The notes beneath the pieces are model-generated. The model did no database searches, was not told the origin of the DNA, and saw only the letters and a program-made list of their open reading frames with translations. The position numbers and the translations under genes are program-made. A stretch of 64,000 nt of DNA from Thermoanaerobaculia bacterium (GTDB taxonomy: Bacteria; Acidobacteriota; Thermoanaerobaculia; UBA5066), in assembly GCA_963816185.1 (NCBI GenBank), contig CAWFJJ010000001.1, forward strand, positions 32,001-96,000. The letters are read 5' to 3'. Positions 49,929-60,918 of the stretch are shown here, piece by piece. Within the stretch, counting starts at the first letter, position 1. Each line of letters begins with the position of its first letter.

Positions 49929-51290
49929 ATGCCCGCGGAGATTCTGCTCGTCGAGGACCGCGAGTCGCTGCGGGCGATGCTCGCGGAGACGCTGACGCGA
50001 GAGGGCTACAGCGTGGAAGCTGTCGCGACCGGCGAAGAGGCGCTGCGCCGGCTTGCGGAAGGCCGCCGTTACACGCTCGTCCTGACGGACTTCAAGATGC
50101 CGGGCGCCGACGGTCTCGCCGTGCTCCGGGCGGCGACGGCGTCCGATGCCGCCATCCCTGTCGTCGTCCTCACGGGATTCGGCACCGTCGAGACGGCGGT
50201 CACGGCGATGAAGATGGGAGCGGCCGACTTCCTGAGCAAGCCGGTCGATCCCGACCTCCTGCTGCTCCTCGTCGCGCGACACGTGCGCGCCCGGCGCTCG
50301 GCCGTCGCGCACACTCTCCTCGCCGCCGAGGCGGGCCTCACGGGAATGCCCGAGATCGTCGGCACGTCGCAGGCGCTCGCGGAGGCCCTGGAGAGGGTCC
50401 GGCTGGCCGCCGCCTCGGACGTCACGGTCCTTCTGACGGGCGAGTCCGGCACGGGCAAGGAGCTTTTCGCGCGCGCGATGCACGCGCTCTCGCCGCGCGC
50501 GCCGGGACCGTTCGTCGCCGTGAACGTCGCCGCTCTGCCGGAAAGCCTCGTCGAGAACGAGCTCTTCGGGCACGAGCGCGGCGCGTATACCGGCGCGAGC
50601 GAGCGGCGCGCGGGGCGTTTCGAGCTGGCCGACGGGGGAACTCTCTTCCTGGACGAGATCGGTGAGCTGCCGTCCGCGGCGCAGGCCAAGTTCCTGAGGG
50701 CGGTCGAGGAACGCACATTCCTCCGCGTGGGCGGCACGGTGCCGATCGCGGTGGACGTCAGGATCGTGGCGGCGACGAACCGTGAGCTCGCGTCTCTCGT
50801 CAAGGCCGGGGCGTTCCGCGAGGACCTCTTCTATCGTCTCGACGTTTTCCCGGTACGCCTGCCGCCGCTCCGCGCCCGGAAAGAAGACATCCCCGCGCTC
50901 GCGAACGGCTTCGCGGCCTCGGCGGCGCGCCAGGTGAAGAAGAAGGTGCCCACCTTCTCGCCGGCCGCCCTCGAGAGGCTCGCGGCGCACGATTGGCCGG
51001 GGAACGTGCGCGAGCTTCGGAACGTCGTGGAACGGGCCGTGCTCCTCGCAACCGGAGAGGTCATTCGGCCGGCGGACGTCGTCGTCGGCGTCCCGGGCGA
51101 GACCCAGCCCCGCTATCCCTCGCTCGACGGGACGCTCGAAGAGACGGCGGAAAGGTGGCGCCGGGCGGGCGAGGCGGCGCGCATCCGGCGTGCGCTCGAG
51201 GCCACGGGAGGCGACAGGACGCGCACAGCCGAGGAGCTGGGCGTGCCGCTCCGGAAGCTCTCCCAGAGGATGAAGGAGCTGGGGATCTAG
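49929..51290 (+). CDS. Sigma54-dependent response regulator (PilR-like)
   Basis: REC domain, GESGTGKE, ENELFGHERGAYTGA, FREDLFYRL, WPGNVREL and HTH; no adjacent kinase. Confidence 0.92.
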   Translation: MPAEILLVEDRESLRAMLAETLTREGYSVEAVATGEEALRRLAEGRRYTLVLTDFKMPGADGLAVLRAATASDAAIPVVVLTGFGTVETAVTAMKMGAADFLSKPVDPDLLLLLVARHVRARRSAVAHTLLAAEAGLTGMPEIVGTSQALAEALERVRLAAASDVTVLLTGESGTGKELFARAMHALSPRAPGPFVAVNVAALPESLVENELFGHERGAYTGASERRAGRFELADGGTLFLDEIGELPSAAQAKFLRAVEERTFLRVGGTVPIAVDVRIVAATNRELASLVKAGAFREDLFYRLDVFPVRLPPLRARKEDIPALANGFAASAARQVKKKVPTFSPAALERLAAHDWPGNVRELRNVVERAVLLATGEVIRPADVVVGVPGETQPRYPSLDGTLEETAERWRRAGEAARIRRALEATGGDRTRTAEELGVPLRKLSQRMKELGI

Positions 51291-52658
51291 GCGCCCAACG
51301 CCTCGAGCACGTGGACGACCTCTTCGTCCTCGGATTCCGCGACGCTCCGGAGGTCGAGGAGGACACGGCCGCCTTCGATCCGACCGATGACTGGCGGCTC
51401 TCCGGCGCGGAGCGCGGCGGCGAGACCGTCGGCCGAGTACGAGGGATGCGAAAGAGCCACGGCCTTCGAGGGCAACGTGGATTCGGCGCCCGAGCCGCCG
51501 CCAGCCGTCGCGACGGAGTCGACCGCCGCCGCCGTGAAGCCCGCCGCGCGCGCGGCCGCCGTCAGCGCATCGGCCCGCCGCGCGAGGTCTCGGAGCGGGG
51601 TCTCGAGCATCCGGTGAAAGGGAATCTCGAGGCGCCTCCCGGAAAGATGCAGGTCGAGCGTGGCGGCGAGCGCGCCGAGGGCGAGCTTGTCCGGGCGGAG
51701 GACACGGGCGAGCGGGTTCGCCGCGGCGCGTGCGACGAGATCCTTCTTTCCGATCAGGATTCCCGCCTGCGGGCCGCCGAGGACCTTGTCGCCCGAGAAG
51801 CAGACGAGGTCCGCGCCCGCGTCGAGGGCCTCGAGAGGAACGGGCTCTTCCGAGAGAGCCGGATCAGTGAAGCGCACGGGGGTCCCCGCGCCGGCGTCGT
51901 AGATCACGGGAACGCCGCGTGCTTGCGCGAGCGATCCGAGCGCGGAGAGGGAAACCTCTTCGGTGAAGCCCACGATTCGGTAGTTCGAGGGCCGGACCTT
52001 GAGAATGACGCCCGCGCCCGCCTCGAGCGCCTCTTCGTAATCCCGAAGCGTCGTCCTGTTCGTGGTGCCCACCTCGTGGAGCGAGGCGCCGCTCTTCGCG
52101 AGGATGGAGGGCACTCGGAAATCTCCGCCGATCGCGACGAGCTCGCCGCGCGACACCGCCACTTTCCGGCCGTTCGCGAGCGTGTCGAGGGCGAGGAGGA
52201 GCGCCGCAGCTGCGTTCGTGACCGCGAGGGCGTCGAGGTCCTCCCGATCCTTCGCGAAGAGCGCGAGGAGGAGCGGTCGCACATGCTCGCCGCGTCGCCC
52301 GCGAGTCCCGGCCGAAAGGTCGTATTCGAGCGTCGAGAAGCCCGCGGCGCGGCCCGCCGCGGCGACGGCCTGAGGCGCGAGCGGAGCGCGCCCGAGGTTC
52401 GTGTGCAGGAGGACGCCCGTCGCATTCACGACGCGCCGGGGCCCGACCGGAGCCCTCTCCTCGAGCGCCCGGGCGGCGGCGGCCAGAATCGTCTCGGTCG
52501 CGTCGCCGTCTCGGGGACCCTCGCGCGCGCCACCGGTCGGCCGCCTCGCGGAGGGCCTCCTTCGCGCGGGCCCGACCGTGCCGGTCCGCCAGCTCTTTCC
52601 CCGAAGCGCTCTCGAGGAGGCGGTCCATGGCGGGAGGCCGGGGAGGATCGGGATCCAT
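51287..52658 (-). CDS. selA: L-seryl-tRNA(Sec) selenium transferase (frameshift near 52520-52530)
   Basis: VVNATGVLLHTNLGRAPL, SRGELVAIGGDFR, EVGTTNRT and FSGDKVLGGPQAG (PLP Lys). The N-terminal domain (PPAMDRLL...HGRARAKEALR) lies in another frame. Confidence 0.85.
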
Positions 52659-52687
52659 GCGAGCCGAATGTAGACTACTTTCCGCCG

Positions 52688-53275
52688 ATGGCCGTCTCGA
52701 TCGCACGCGACCTCGATCTCCTCGACAAGAGCGTCGCGTCGCTCAAGCTGGATTACGAGCGCTTCTTCTCGGGCGATTTGAAGGTGCCGCCGCTGCCCGC
52801 CCGCAAGAGCGTGGAACAGGTGCTCCGCCGAATCGGCAACGTCTCCCTCGACAAGGCGGAGGAGCGATTCCGGCTGCAGGCGCTCCAGAGCCGCTTCACG
52901 GCGCTGTCGGAGCTGTGGGAGAAGCGGCTCCTGGCCAAGGAGGAGGGCCGCGGCCCGGTCCGGCCGCCGATCCGCGCGCGCGCCGCCGAGAGGCCCTCTT
53001 CGGGGCGCGACGCGGGGGCGCCGGCCTCCGTAAAAAGCTCCGGGCGAGTGGACCTGAGGTCCCTCTTCGACCGGTACTGCTCCGCGCGCGCGGCTGCCGG
53101 CGAAGACACCTCGCGCCTCCGCTTCGATCGATTCGAGGAGCTCGTGAAGAAACAGGCCGCCGAGATCCGGAGAGCGACGGGCGCGACGCGGCTCGCCTTC
53201 GATGTGCAGACGCGGGACGGGAAAGTGCGCCTCGTCGGCCGCTCTCTTCAGCCCTCGACGAAAGGAACACCATGA
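52688..53275 (+). CDS. MXAN_5187 C-terminal-like domain protein
   Basis: LKLDYERFF...RFRLQALQSRF...WEKRL...EEG; C-terminal LFDRY..AR...E.....FD.F...F.V....GKV.L. Confidence 0.65.
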   Translation: MAVSIARDLDLLDKSVASLKLDYERFFSGDLKVPPLPARKSVEQVLRRIGNVSLDKAEERFRLQALQSRFTALSELWEKRLLAKEEGRGPVRPPIRARAAERPSSGRDAGAPASVKSSGRVDLRSLFDRYCSARAAAGEDTSRLRFDRFEELVKKQAAEIRRATGATRLAFDVQTRDGKVRLVGRSLQPSTKGTP

Positions 53276-54261
53276 AGGCCGATCGCCGCGGCCGCTTCGC
53301 CTGCGTGCTCGCCCTGTGCGCAGCTTTCGCCGGACCGCTCGCCGCCCGGGACGTCTACCGGGGCTTCCTCGATCCGGGCGAATCCCCAGCACCGGGCGAC
53401 GCTCGATCTCCTCGAACGTCTCGAGAAGACGCCGAACGACGCCTCGCTCCACAACGACCTCGCGTGTCTCATCGCGCGGGACGGCTTCTGGCGCGATGCT
53501 CTACGCGAATTCTCCGTCGCCGCGAAGCTCGACAAGAAGGACGGCCGCCCGCTCTACAACGCGGGCCTCGTCCACGCGATGCGCGGCGAATGGGGGAGCG
53601 CGGCCTCCTCCTTCCACAAGGCCGTGTCGCGCACTCCCGGAAACTGGGCGGGATGGTGGATGCTGGGCTTCGCCGAGGAGCAGCGCGGCAACGAATCCGC
53701 CGCGGTCGCGGCCTACAAGACGTCGCTTCGCGTGGACACGTCGCTGTTCGACGTGCGTAAGAACCCGTTCGCCGCGCGCACGCGGCTGAAGGGACGAGTC
53801 CTCCTCGAATCACTCGATGCCCGCCTGTACCGCCAGGCTCTCCCCGCGACCGAGCAGATGGCCGAGCCCGACCTCGTGACGTCGTTCCAGCACGGGCACG
53901 TCGGGGTCCTCGCCGTCCCCGGCGCACCCGTGCCGGCCGGCGCTCCCGCTCCGGGCGTCCCGGCGTCGGAAGCTCGCGTCCCGAGACCGGGGCCGGCGGG
54001 TCCGGTGGTCACGTCGGTTCCTCCCGTCAGCGCGAGCCGCCCGGCGCCCCGGCCGGGATCGAACGTCTCGGCGCCTGTCGCCGCTCCGCCGCCCGTGCCG
54101 ACCGTCACGCGCGCGGGCGAGCCGATTCCGTCCGACTTCCCCGAGCAGTCGCCGGCAGGGCCCGCGCCGACCAGGCCCGTGCAGCCGGGCCCGGGCACGG
54201 GAGACGCTCCGCTCCGGCTCCGACGCCGGCACCCCCTTTGCCCGGCCCGGGCATCCGTTAG
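53272..54261 (+). CDS. Exported TPR protein with Pro-rich tail (frameshifts near 53377 and ~54205)
   Basis: Signal peptide MKADRRG...LAA; after removing one G it reads PNDASLHNDLA...LYNAGLV...WWMLGFA (TPR). Likely stop is TAG at 54259-54261. Confidence 0.55.
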
Positions 54262-54264
54262 GGA

Positions 54265-55605
54265 TCAGGCGCCCTTCCATTTCGGGACGAACAGCGTGGG
54301 CGAGCCGGCGCCGCCCGAGCCCGAGGGTACGAACTTGAGATCGTCTCCCACGGCCTCGACGGCGCGCAGAAGCTCCGACAGGCGGCCTTCCACGAGGGTC
54401 TCGGAAACGGTCCCGGCCGCTTGCCCCTTCTCCACCCAGTAACCCGCGGCGTGGAGGCGGAACCGATCCGCGGCGAAGTCCACGTCCGGGCGTGAGAGAA
54501 GAACGGCCGCATAGAAGCCGCGGGCGAGAGCCCGGAGAAGCTCGAGCGGCGCGACGCCCCGCGACGGATCCACGAAGAAATTCGTGATGCCGATCGCGGG
54601 TGGTTCGACGTAGGCACGCCGCATCGCGTTGCCGGTCGGGGGCTGCTCGAGGCAGATCGCCGCCGCACAGTCGGAGAGCCGTCCGGTGGCGACCCCGCGC
54701 GACACGAGAACCGTACGCGAATGAGGCGTTCCCTCGCCGTCGTACGACGCCTTCACCGGCCCGCCGGGCGCCGATGCGTCGTCGACGAGCGAGAGAGCGG
54801 GCGAGGCGAAGGCGTCGCGTCCGTCTCGTGTGCGCGACGCGAGGAGAGCGGCGCCCTCGTCGCCGAAGAAAGCGGGAGCGAGACGGCCGATGACCGGCGC
54901 CGCGACGTTCGGGTCCAGGAGCAGGTCGGCGCGCGAGGGCGCGAGCGGCCGGCCGCGGAGCGGAAGGAGGGCGCGGTCGACCGCCTGGTGCGCGAGGCGC
55001 GCGAGGAAGAGCTCTTCGGGCCGCGACGCCGACGCGAGAACACGTGCCGACACGCTGCCGGCCGCGGTCCGTCCGGTCACGGTGGCGACGAGCGTCGCGA
55101 TCCCGCTGCCGAAGGCGACGTCGCGTCCGGCCGTCGTCGCGACGCGCTCCGTTCGGGCGCCGACGGTGAGGATCGCCTCTGTCAGGGAGACGGCGCCCTC
55201 GCCTTCGGCGATGAGAGCGCTCCGGAAAGACGCGAGGAGCGCGCGCGCGGATGCCTCGTCCGGAGGGGACGGCGGAGGGAGCGCCGAGGGGCGATCGAGA
55301 GCGACGGGTCCCGCGGCGCGTGCCCCGCGGCGCGCCCGCGCCCGTCCGAGGACGAGTCTCGCCTCGAAGGGGAGACGGTCCACGCTCTCGGGCGGGGAAG
55401 CCGCAAACGCGGTGCGCCCCGAGCGGAAGAGGCGCAGCGCGAAGCCGCGCTCGGCGACGACCGACAGCCGCGTGCCCTCCGCGTCCTCGGCGAGCTCGAT
55501 CGACGTCCCGCGGCGTTCGTAAGCCTCGGCGGATTCGCCGGCCCCGGCGTCGCATCGCGCATCGTCGAGCAGGCGCTCGAGCAGGCCGTCGTGTCCCGGG
55601 TTCAC
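54265..55605 (-). CDS. pmbA: TldD/PmbA family metallopeptidase, PmbA/TldE-like subunit
   Basis: SLVDD...YDGEG, PTGNA.R, GYWVEKG and GSPTL; no HExxxH; GTG start overlaps the tldD stop. Confidence 0.75.
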   Translation of the reverse strand: MNPGHDGLLERLLDDARCDAGAGESAEAYERRGTSIELAEDAEGTRLSVVAERGFALRLFRSGRTAFAASPPESVDRLPFEARLVLGRARARRGARAAGPVALDRPSALPPPSPPDEASARALLASFRSALIAEGEGAVSLTEAILTVGARTERVATTAGRDVAFGSGIATLVATVTGRTAAGSVSARVLASASRPEELFLARLAHQAVDRALLPLRGRPLAPSRADLLLDPNVAAPVIGRLAPAFFGDEGAALLASRTRDGRDAFASPALSLVDDASAPGGPVKASYDGEGTPHSRTVLVSRGVATGRLSDCAAAICLEQPPTGNAMRRAYVEPPAIGITNFFVDPSRGVAPLELLRALARGFYAAVLLSRPDVDFAADRFRLHAAGYWVEKGQAAGTVSETLVEGRLSELLRAVEAVGDDLKFVPSGSGGAGSPTLFVPKWKGA

Positions 55606-56957
55606 GAGCGGCCTCGCATCGCGGTGAGGCCGCGAATGAGGATGGCGGGCGACGCACCGCCGACGGCCACGCCTTCGCCGCCCTTGACGCAGAGGCCGAG
55701 CCCGTTCGCGGGGTGAGAGACGTCGCCGCTCTCCGTGTGAAGCTGGCGCAGGGCGGCGAGCACGTCGGACGCGAGGGCGAACGGGCCGAGGGGCGCGCCC
55801 AGCCTTCCCCGGCGCACGAGGTCGGCGCTCTCGACGAAGAGCGTGAAGCGGCCGGATTCCAGGTCCGCGTGAGCTGCCGAGATTTCCCGGACGTAAAGCC
55901 CCGTCCCGCACGCCTCGAGGAGCTCGTCGCGGCTGGCGCGTCCCGGCGCGACGACCAGATTGGAAAGGCGCGGGCGTGGCGGGCGGCGGAAGTCGCCGCA
56001 ACGCGCGTGTCCGTTCGACGCGCGGCCTGCGGTCCGGCGGTCCGTCAGGAGGCCGTCCACGCACCCGTCGGTCAGGAGCGCGACGGGGCGCGCGGGCGTT
56101 CCCTCGTCGTCCGCGAGATACGAGCCGGGGAGATCGCCGCGGGTCGGATCCGCCGTGACGAAGACGCCGGCGGGCGCGACGGCGGCCCGCGCGACGCGCG
56201 TGAGGATCGAACCCCGCTCCGCGCCTTCCGCCTCCAGAGGATGGCCGACCGCCTCGTGCCAGAACACGGACGCGGCGCCGGGTGAAAAGACGACGTCCAC
56301 TCGTCCCTCCGCGGCCCGGTGCGTGGGAACCGGCCGCGCCGCCTCCGAAAGGGCCCGCGCGAGGGCGTCGAGCGCCGGGGCCCACGGGGCCGACGTCTGG
56401 AAGGCGAATGGGCGGGCCGCGCTCGCGCGCCGGAGAATGCCCGTTGCTTCGAGGCGCTGCACCGTTCCGCACGCCACGATCTCGCGCGCCGTCACGACCG
56501 CTCGCGAGACGAGAACGCGCGCGACCGTCAGCGAGAGCGAGAGACCGCGCGGGTCCGGAAGAGCCCGGTGGAGCGCGGCGCCGAGCTGGGCGGCGCGCTC
56601 CACCTCGTCCGGGGCGAAGACCTCGGCTTCGGCGGACGCCTGCGCGCCTCCCCGCGATTTCAGGAACGGGGATCCACCCGCGCGGCGCGAGGCTTCGCGC
56701 ACCGCCTCCCGAAGCGCCTCGGGCCCGTCCCCTTCGCGGGCGACGAGAAGCGACTCGCGGCCGCGCCTGAGGCGCACGGCCGTGCCGCGCTCGTCGGCGA
56801 ACGCCGGAGCGAGAAGACCCGCCTCCGTCGCGGTCCACGAAACGCGCCGCCGCCTTTCGCGAAAGGCCTCGCCGCTCTCGCCCCGGCGGAGCAATCCCGA
56901 GATGATCCGGACCGCGTCCTCGGCGTCCTGGCGGAAAGCCTCGACGACGTCGCTCAA
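55602..56957 (-). CDS. tldD: TldD/PmbA family metallopeptidase, TldD-like subunit
   Basis: HEAVGHPLE, DDEG, SNGHAR, PRPRLSN and C.KGG. The TTG start is inferred from TACAAT 8 nt upstream. Confidence 0.8.
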   Translation of the reverse strand: MSDVVEAFRQDAEDAVRIISGLLRRGESGEAFRERRRRVSWTATEAGLLAPAFADERGTAVRLRRGRESLLVAREGDGPEALREAVREASRRAGGSPFLKSRGGAQASAEAEVFAPDEVERAAQLGAALHRALPDPRGLSLSLTVARVLVSRAVVTAREIVACGTVQRLEATGILRRASAARPFAFQTSAPWAPALDALARALSEAARPVPTHRAAEGRVDVVFSPGAASVFWHEAVGHPLEAEGAERGSILTRVARAAVAPAGVFVTADPTRGDLPGSYLADDEGTPARPVALLTDGCVDGLLTDRRTAGRASNGHARCGDFRRPPRPRLSNLVVAPGRASRDELLEACGTGLYVREISAAHADLESGRFTLFVESADLVRRGRLGAPLGPFALASDVLAALRQLHTESGDVSHPANGLGLCVKGGEGVAVGGASPAILIRGLTAMRGRS

Positions 56958-57029
56958 CGACCGGGATTGTAGGAGCGCGGGGAAATCTCGCGTGCAGCAC
57001 CTCTGTCGTGGGATATCCTCGCGAGTTTC

Positions 57030-57305
57030 ATGGCCCTCTCCGACGTTCGCCTGTCGGCTCAGGCGGCTTTCGTGGCCCGCCGAGTCCTCTCCGAGCGGCT
57101 GGTTGCCGCCCCGGCGGCCGACGTGCGCCACGCGCTCGAGGCGGCGCTCCTGGAGGACCGCGACCGGGAGCGGGCGCTCGACGAAGAGGTGAAGAGGCTC
57201 CTCGAGAAGAACGCGGCGACGATTCGCGGCGCGAACGTCGACTACGCGGAAATGTTCCGGAAGGCGAAGAGAATGCTCGCCGAGAAGAAGAAAATTCCCC
57301 TCTGA
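57030..57305 (+). CDS. DUF507 family protein
   Basis: RLS...[11 protein letters not shown]...[15 protein letters not shown]. Confidence 0.7.
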   Translation: MALSDVRLSAQAAFVARRVLSERLVAAPAADVRHALEAALLEDRDRERALDEEVKRLLEKNAATIRGANVDYAEMFRKAKRMLAEKKKIPL

Positions 57306-57327
57306 GCGGAAGAGAGCCGAGGGATTC

Positions 57328-58890
57328 ATGCCACGTTCGATCGAAAACAGACTCCTCGCCCTCGAGGCCCTTCGCGCGAGGGCGCGGGCCGGAGGCGGCG
57401 CGGCTCGCCGCGAAAAGCAGCACAAGGCGGGCAAGCTCACGGCGTTGGAGCGGGTCGAGCTCCTCGGCGATCCCGGGTCGTTCGAGGAGATCGACCCCTT
57501 CGTCGTGCACCGCTGCCGCGACTTCGGGATGGACGACTCCGCGAACGAGATTCCGGGCGACGGCGTGGTCGCGGGCGTCGTTCGTGTCGAGGACCGGCCG
57601 GTCTTCGTCTTCGCGCAGGACTTCACGGTTTTCGGCGGATCGCTGTCGGAGACGAACGCCGCGAAGATCTGCAAGGTGATGGACCTCGCGATGAAAGTGG
57701 GCGCGCCCGTCGTGGGCCTCAACGACTCGGGCGGCGCGCGCATCCAGGAAGGCGTCGTTTCGCTCGGGGGCTACGCCGACATCTTTCTGCGCAACACGCT
57801 CGCCTCCGGCGTGATCCCCCAGATCTCGGCGATCCTCGGCCCCTGCGCGGGCGGCGCCGTCTATTCGCCGGCGATCACGGACTTCGTCCTCATGGTACGG
57901 GGCACGAGCTCGATGTTCGTGACCGGGCCGGACGTCATCAAGACCGTCACGCACGAGGACGTCACGAAGGAGGCGCTCGGCGGCGCCGATACGCACGCGG
58001 CCGTCTCGGGCGTGGCGCACATCGTGGCCGACTCGGACGCGGATTGCCTCCAGAAGATCCGCACGCTCCTTTCGTTCCTGCCGTCGAACAACCGCGAGGA
58101 CCCCCCGCGCCGCGAAACCGCGGATCCGGCCGACCGCGAGGATCCCGAGCTGGACCATCTCGTCCCGTCCTCGCCGAACCAGCCTTACGACATGATCGGG
58201 CTCATCCGGCACGTCGTGGACGACGGCGAGCTCTTCGAGATCCACGCCGATTACGCGAAGAACATCGTCGTCGGCTTCGCGCGACTCGGCGGCAAGCCCG
58301 TCGGGATCGTGGCGAACCAGCCCGACCACCTCGCCGGCGTCCTCGACATCGATGCGTCCGTGAAAGGCGCGCGCTTCGTGCGCTTTTGCGACGCGTTCAA
58401 CGTCCCGCTCGTGACGTTCGAGGACGTGCCCGGCTTTCTCCCGGGCACCAAGCAGGAGTTCGGCGGGATCATCCGGCACGGCGCCAAGCTCCTTTACGCG
58501 TTCGCCGAGGCGACCGTCCCGAAGCTCACGGTCATCACGCGCAAGGCGTACGGCGGCGCGTACTGCGTCATGTCCTCCAAGCACATCCGGACGGACTTCA
58601 ACTTCGCCTTTCCGACGGCGGAGATCGCGGTCATGGGGGCGGAGGGCGCCGTCAACATCCTCTATGGGCGCGAGTTCGCGGCCGCGAGCGATCCCGCCGA
58701 AACGCGCCGCGTCAAGGTCGCGGAATATCAGGACGCTTTCGCGAACCCGTGGGTGGCGGCTCGGCGCGGCTACGTGGACGACGTGATCGCACCCCGCACG
58801 GCACGGCGCCGTCTCATCCGCGCGCTCGACCTCCTGGGAAACAAGCGCGACACGATGCCTCCGAAGAAGCACGGCAACATTCCGCTGTGA
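57328..58890 (+). CDS. pccB: Acyl-CoA (propionyl/methylmalonyl-CoA) carboxylase carboxyltransferase subunit
   Basis: [51 protein letters not shown] and KKHGNIPL. Confidence 0.92.
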   Translation: MPRSIENRLLALEALRARARAGGGAARREKQHKAGKLTALERVELLGDPGSFEEIDPFVVHRCRDFGMDDSANEIPGDGVVAGVVRVEDRPVFVFAQDFTVFGGSLSETNAAKICKVMDLAMKVGAPVVGLNDSGGARIQEGVVSLGGYADIFLRNTLASGVIPQISAILGPCAGGAVYSPAITDFVLMVRGTSSMFVTGPDVIKTVTHEDVTKEALGGADTHAAVSGVAHIVADSDADCLQKIRTLLSFLPSNNREDPPRRETADPADREDPELDHLVPSSPNQPYDMIGLIRHVVDDGELFEIHADYAKNIVVGFARLGGKPVGIVANQPDHLAGVLDIDASVKGARFVRFCDAFNVPLVTFEDVPGFLPGTKQEFGGIIRHGAKLLYAFAEATVPKLTVITRKAYGGAYCVMSSKHIRTDFNFAFPTAEIAVMGAEGAVNILYGREFAAASDPAETRRVKVAEYQDAFANPWVAARRGYVDDVIAPRTARRRLIRALDLLGNKRDTMPPKKHGNIPL

Positions 58891-60380
58891 CACGCCTCCT
58901 CATCGCGAACCGCGGCGAGATCGCCATCCGGATCATCCGGGCCTGCCGGGACCTCGGAATCTCGCCCGTCGCCGTCTACTCCGAGGCGGACCGCGCCGCG
59001 CTCCACGTGCGGCTCGCAGACTGGGCCGTTCCGATCGGGCCGGCGCCCGCGCGCGAGTCGTATCTCGTCGTTGAAAAGCTCCTCGACGCGGCGAAGAAGA
59101 CCGGCGCGACGATGCTCCACCCCGGCTACGGCTTCCTCGCGGAGAACGCGGCCTTCGCGCGGAGCGTCGTGGAGGCGGGCCTCACATGGGTCGGTCCCTC
59201 GCCCGACTCCATCGCCGCCATGGGGAGCAAGACCGAGTCGCGCCGGCGCGTCCTTCAGGCCGGAGTTCCCATCGTGCCCGGCATGACGACGCCGGCCGGA
59301 TCCGCCGAAGAGATCGCGGAATTCGGCCGGGCAAACGGCTTCCCGCTGCTCCTCAAGGCCGCCGCCGGCGGCGGCGGGAAGGGGATGCGCGTCGTGAGAG
59401 GCCCCGAGGAGGTCCCGGAAGCCTTCGCGCGCGCCCGGAGCGAGGCCCGCTCCTACTTCGCAGACGACGCCGTGTATGCGGAGCTCTTCGTCGAGCACCC
59501 GCGTCACGTCGAGGTTCAGGTCCTCGGCGACACGACCGGGCGCATTCTCGCCGTGGGCGAGCGCGAGTGCTCGCTCCAGAGACGGCACCAGAAGGTCCTC
59601 GAGGAGTGTCCTTCGGCGGCGGTCAGCCCGGAGCTCCGCGCGCGCATGGAGGCCGTCGCCGTCGCGGCGGCCAAGTCCGTCGATTACGTGTCGGCCGGGA
59701 CCGTGGAGTTCCTCCTCGCGAAGGACGGGCGTTTCTTCTTCCTCGAGATGAACACCCGGATCCAGGTCGAGCATCCCGTGACCGAGATGGTGTACGGCGT
59801 CGACCTCGTGGCGGAGATGATCCGGATCGCGCGCGGCGAGCCGATGTCGTTCAACGAGAAGCCGGCGCCGCGCGGCCACGCGATTCAGTGCCGCATTTAC
59901 GCCGAGGATCCCGCGCACGGCTTCGCGCCGTCGCCCGGCCGGATCCTGCGGCTCAGAAGGCCGCAGGGGCCCGGCATCCGCGTCGACTCCGGCGTCGAGG
60001 GCGGCGACGTCGTGCCGCTCGACTACGATCCGATGATCGCGAAGTTCGTCGCTTGGGGGGTGGATCGCGACGAGGCCCTCCGGCGCATGCGCCGCGCGCT
60101 CGCCGAGTCGAGGGTCGACGGCATCGAAACGTCGATTCCCTTTTTCCTGTCGCTCCTCGAGGATCCCGACGTCGTGGCGAACCGCATCTCCACGCAATTC
60201 CTCGACGGCTGGTCCTACGTCCCGAAGCGGCCGCCCGAGGATGTCGCCGCGGCGTCCATGGTCGCGGCCGCCCTCGAGTCGATGGACGGAGCGAAGAAGC
60301 GCCGGCCGGCCGCTGCAGGCTGCGGATCAGGACCGGGAGCGTGGAGAACCGCGCGGACGTCCTTCGGGCTGCGCGAATGA
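58887..60380 (+). CDS. accC: Biotin carboxylase subunit
   Basis: [52 protein letters not shown] and YDPMIAK. Confidence 0.92.
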   Translation: MTRLLIANRGEIAIRIIRACRDLGISPVAVYSEADRAALHVRLADWAVPIGPAPARESYLVVEKLLDAAKKTGATMLHPGYGFLAENAAFARSVVEAGLTWVGPSPDSIAAMGSKTESRRRVLQAGVPIVPGMTTPAGSAEEIAEFGRANGFPLLLKAAAGGGGKGMRVVRGPEEVPEAFARARSEARSYFADDAVYAELFVEHPRHVEVQVLGDTTGRILAVGERECSLQRRHQKVLEECPSAAVSPELRARMEAVAVAAAKSVDYVSAGTVEFLLAKDGRFFFLEMNTRIQVEHPVTEMVYGVDLVAEMIRIARGEPMSFNEKPAPRGHAIQCRIYAEDPAHGFAPSPGRILRLRRPQGPGIRVDSGVEGGDVVPLDYDPMIAKFVAWGVDRDEALRRMRRALAESRVDGIETSIPFFLSLLEDPDVVANRISTQFLDGWSYVPKRPPEDVAAASMVAAALESMDGAKKRRPAAAGCGSGPGAWRTARTSFGLRE

Positions 60381-60904
60381 AGTTTCGCACCCGGTTCTCC
60401 GACGACAAAGCGGGCCGTGCGCTCGACGTGACGGCCGGCGCCCCTTCGTTCGAAGCGACGCTGGAGGGCGTGCCGCTGTCCGGAGAAGCCCTCGCGGTGC
60501 GCGACGGCGTTTGGTCGCTCGTCGGACCGGACGGCCGACAGATCGAGGTGAGCGTGGCCTTCCAGAAAGACGGCTCCGTTCGCGCTTATGCGGCAGGCTG
60601 CCTCTTCGGATTCGAGCTTCTCGACGAGCTGACGGCGCGGGCGCTGGCGGCGACAGGAGGCGGGTCGACGCGCCGGGTCGCCCACGCCTCGGCTGCGATG
60701 CCGGGACGGGTGCTGAGGGTCCTCGTGGTGCGGGGCGAGCAAGTCAAGCAAGGTCAACCACTTCTGGTTCTCGAGGCGATGAAGATGGAGAACGAGGTGA
60801 AATCGCCGCGCGACGGTGTTGTCGCCGCGGTGGAGGCCTCCGCAGGGCAGGCCGTCTCGGCAGGCGACGTTCTCGTAAGGTTCGAAATCGGGGGCGACGG
60901 TTAA
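60377..60904 (+). CDS. Biotin carboxyl carrier protein
   Basis: AMPGRV...EAMKMENE biotinylation motif. Confidence 0.9.
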   Translation: MKFRTRFSDDKAGRALDVTAGAPSFEATLEGVPLSGEALAVRDGVWSLVGPDGRQIEVSVAFQKDGSVRAYAAGCLFGFELLDELTARALAATGGGSTRRVAHASAAMPGRVLRVLVVRGEQVKQGQPLLVLEAMKMENEVKSPRDGVVAAVEASAGQAVSAGDVLVRFEIGGDG

Positions 60905-60918
60905 GTTAATCTTCGCCC

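Noticed and set aside
51287-52658. Programmed frameshift or selenocysteine recoding in or near selA
   Set aside because: No slippery heptamer, in-frame UGA selenoprotein or tRNA-Sec was seen; similar indels elsewhere point to assembly error.
50993-53452. Long overlapping ORFs 50993..53275 (+) and 51287..53452 (-) as single proteins
   Set aside because: Their N-terminal extensions are antisense read-through; the real genes start at 52688 (+) and 52658 (-).
54265-56957. RiPP cluster around TldD/TldE
   Set aside because: No precursor peptide, YcaO or other modification enzyme is adjacent; it looks like a divergent housekeeping pair.
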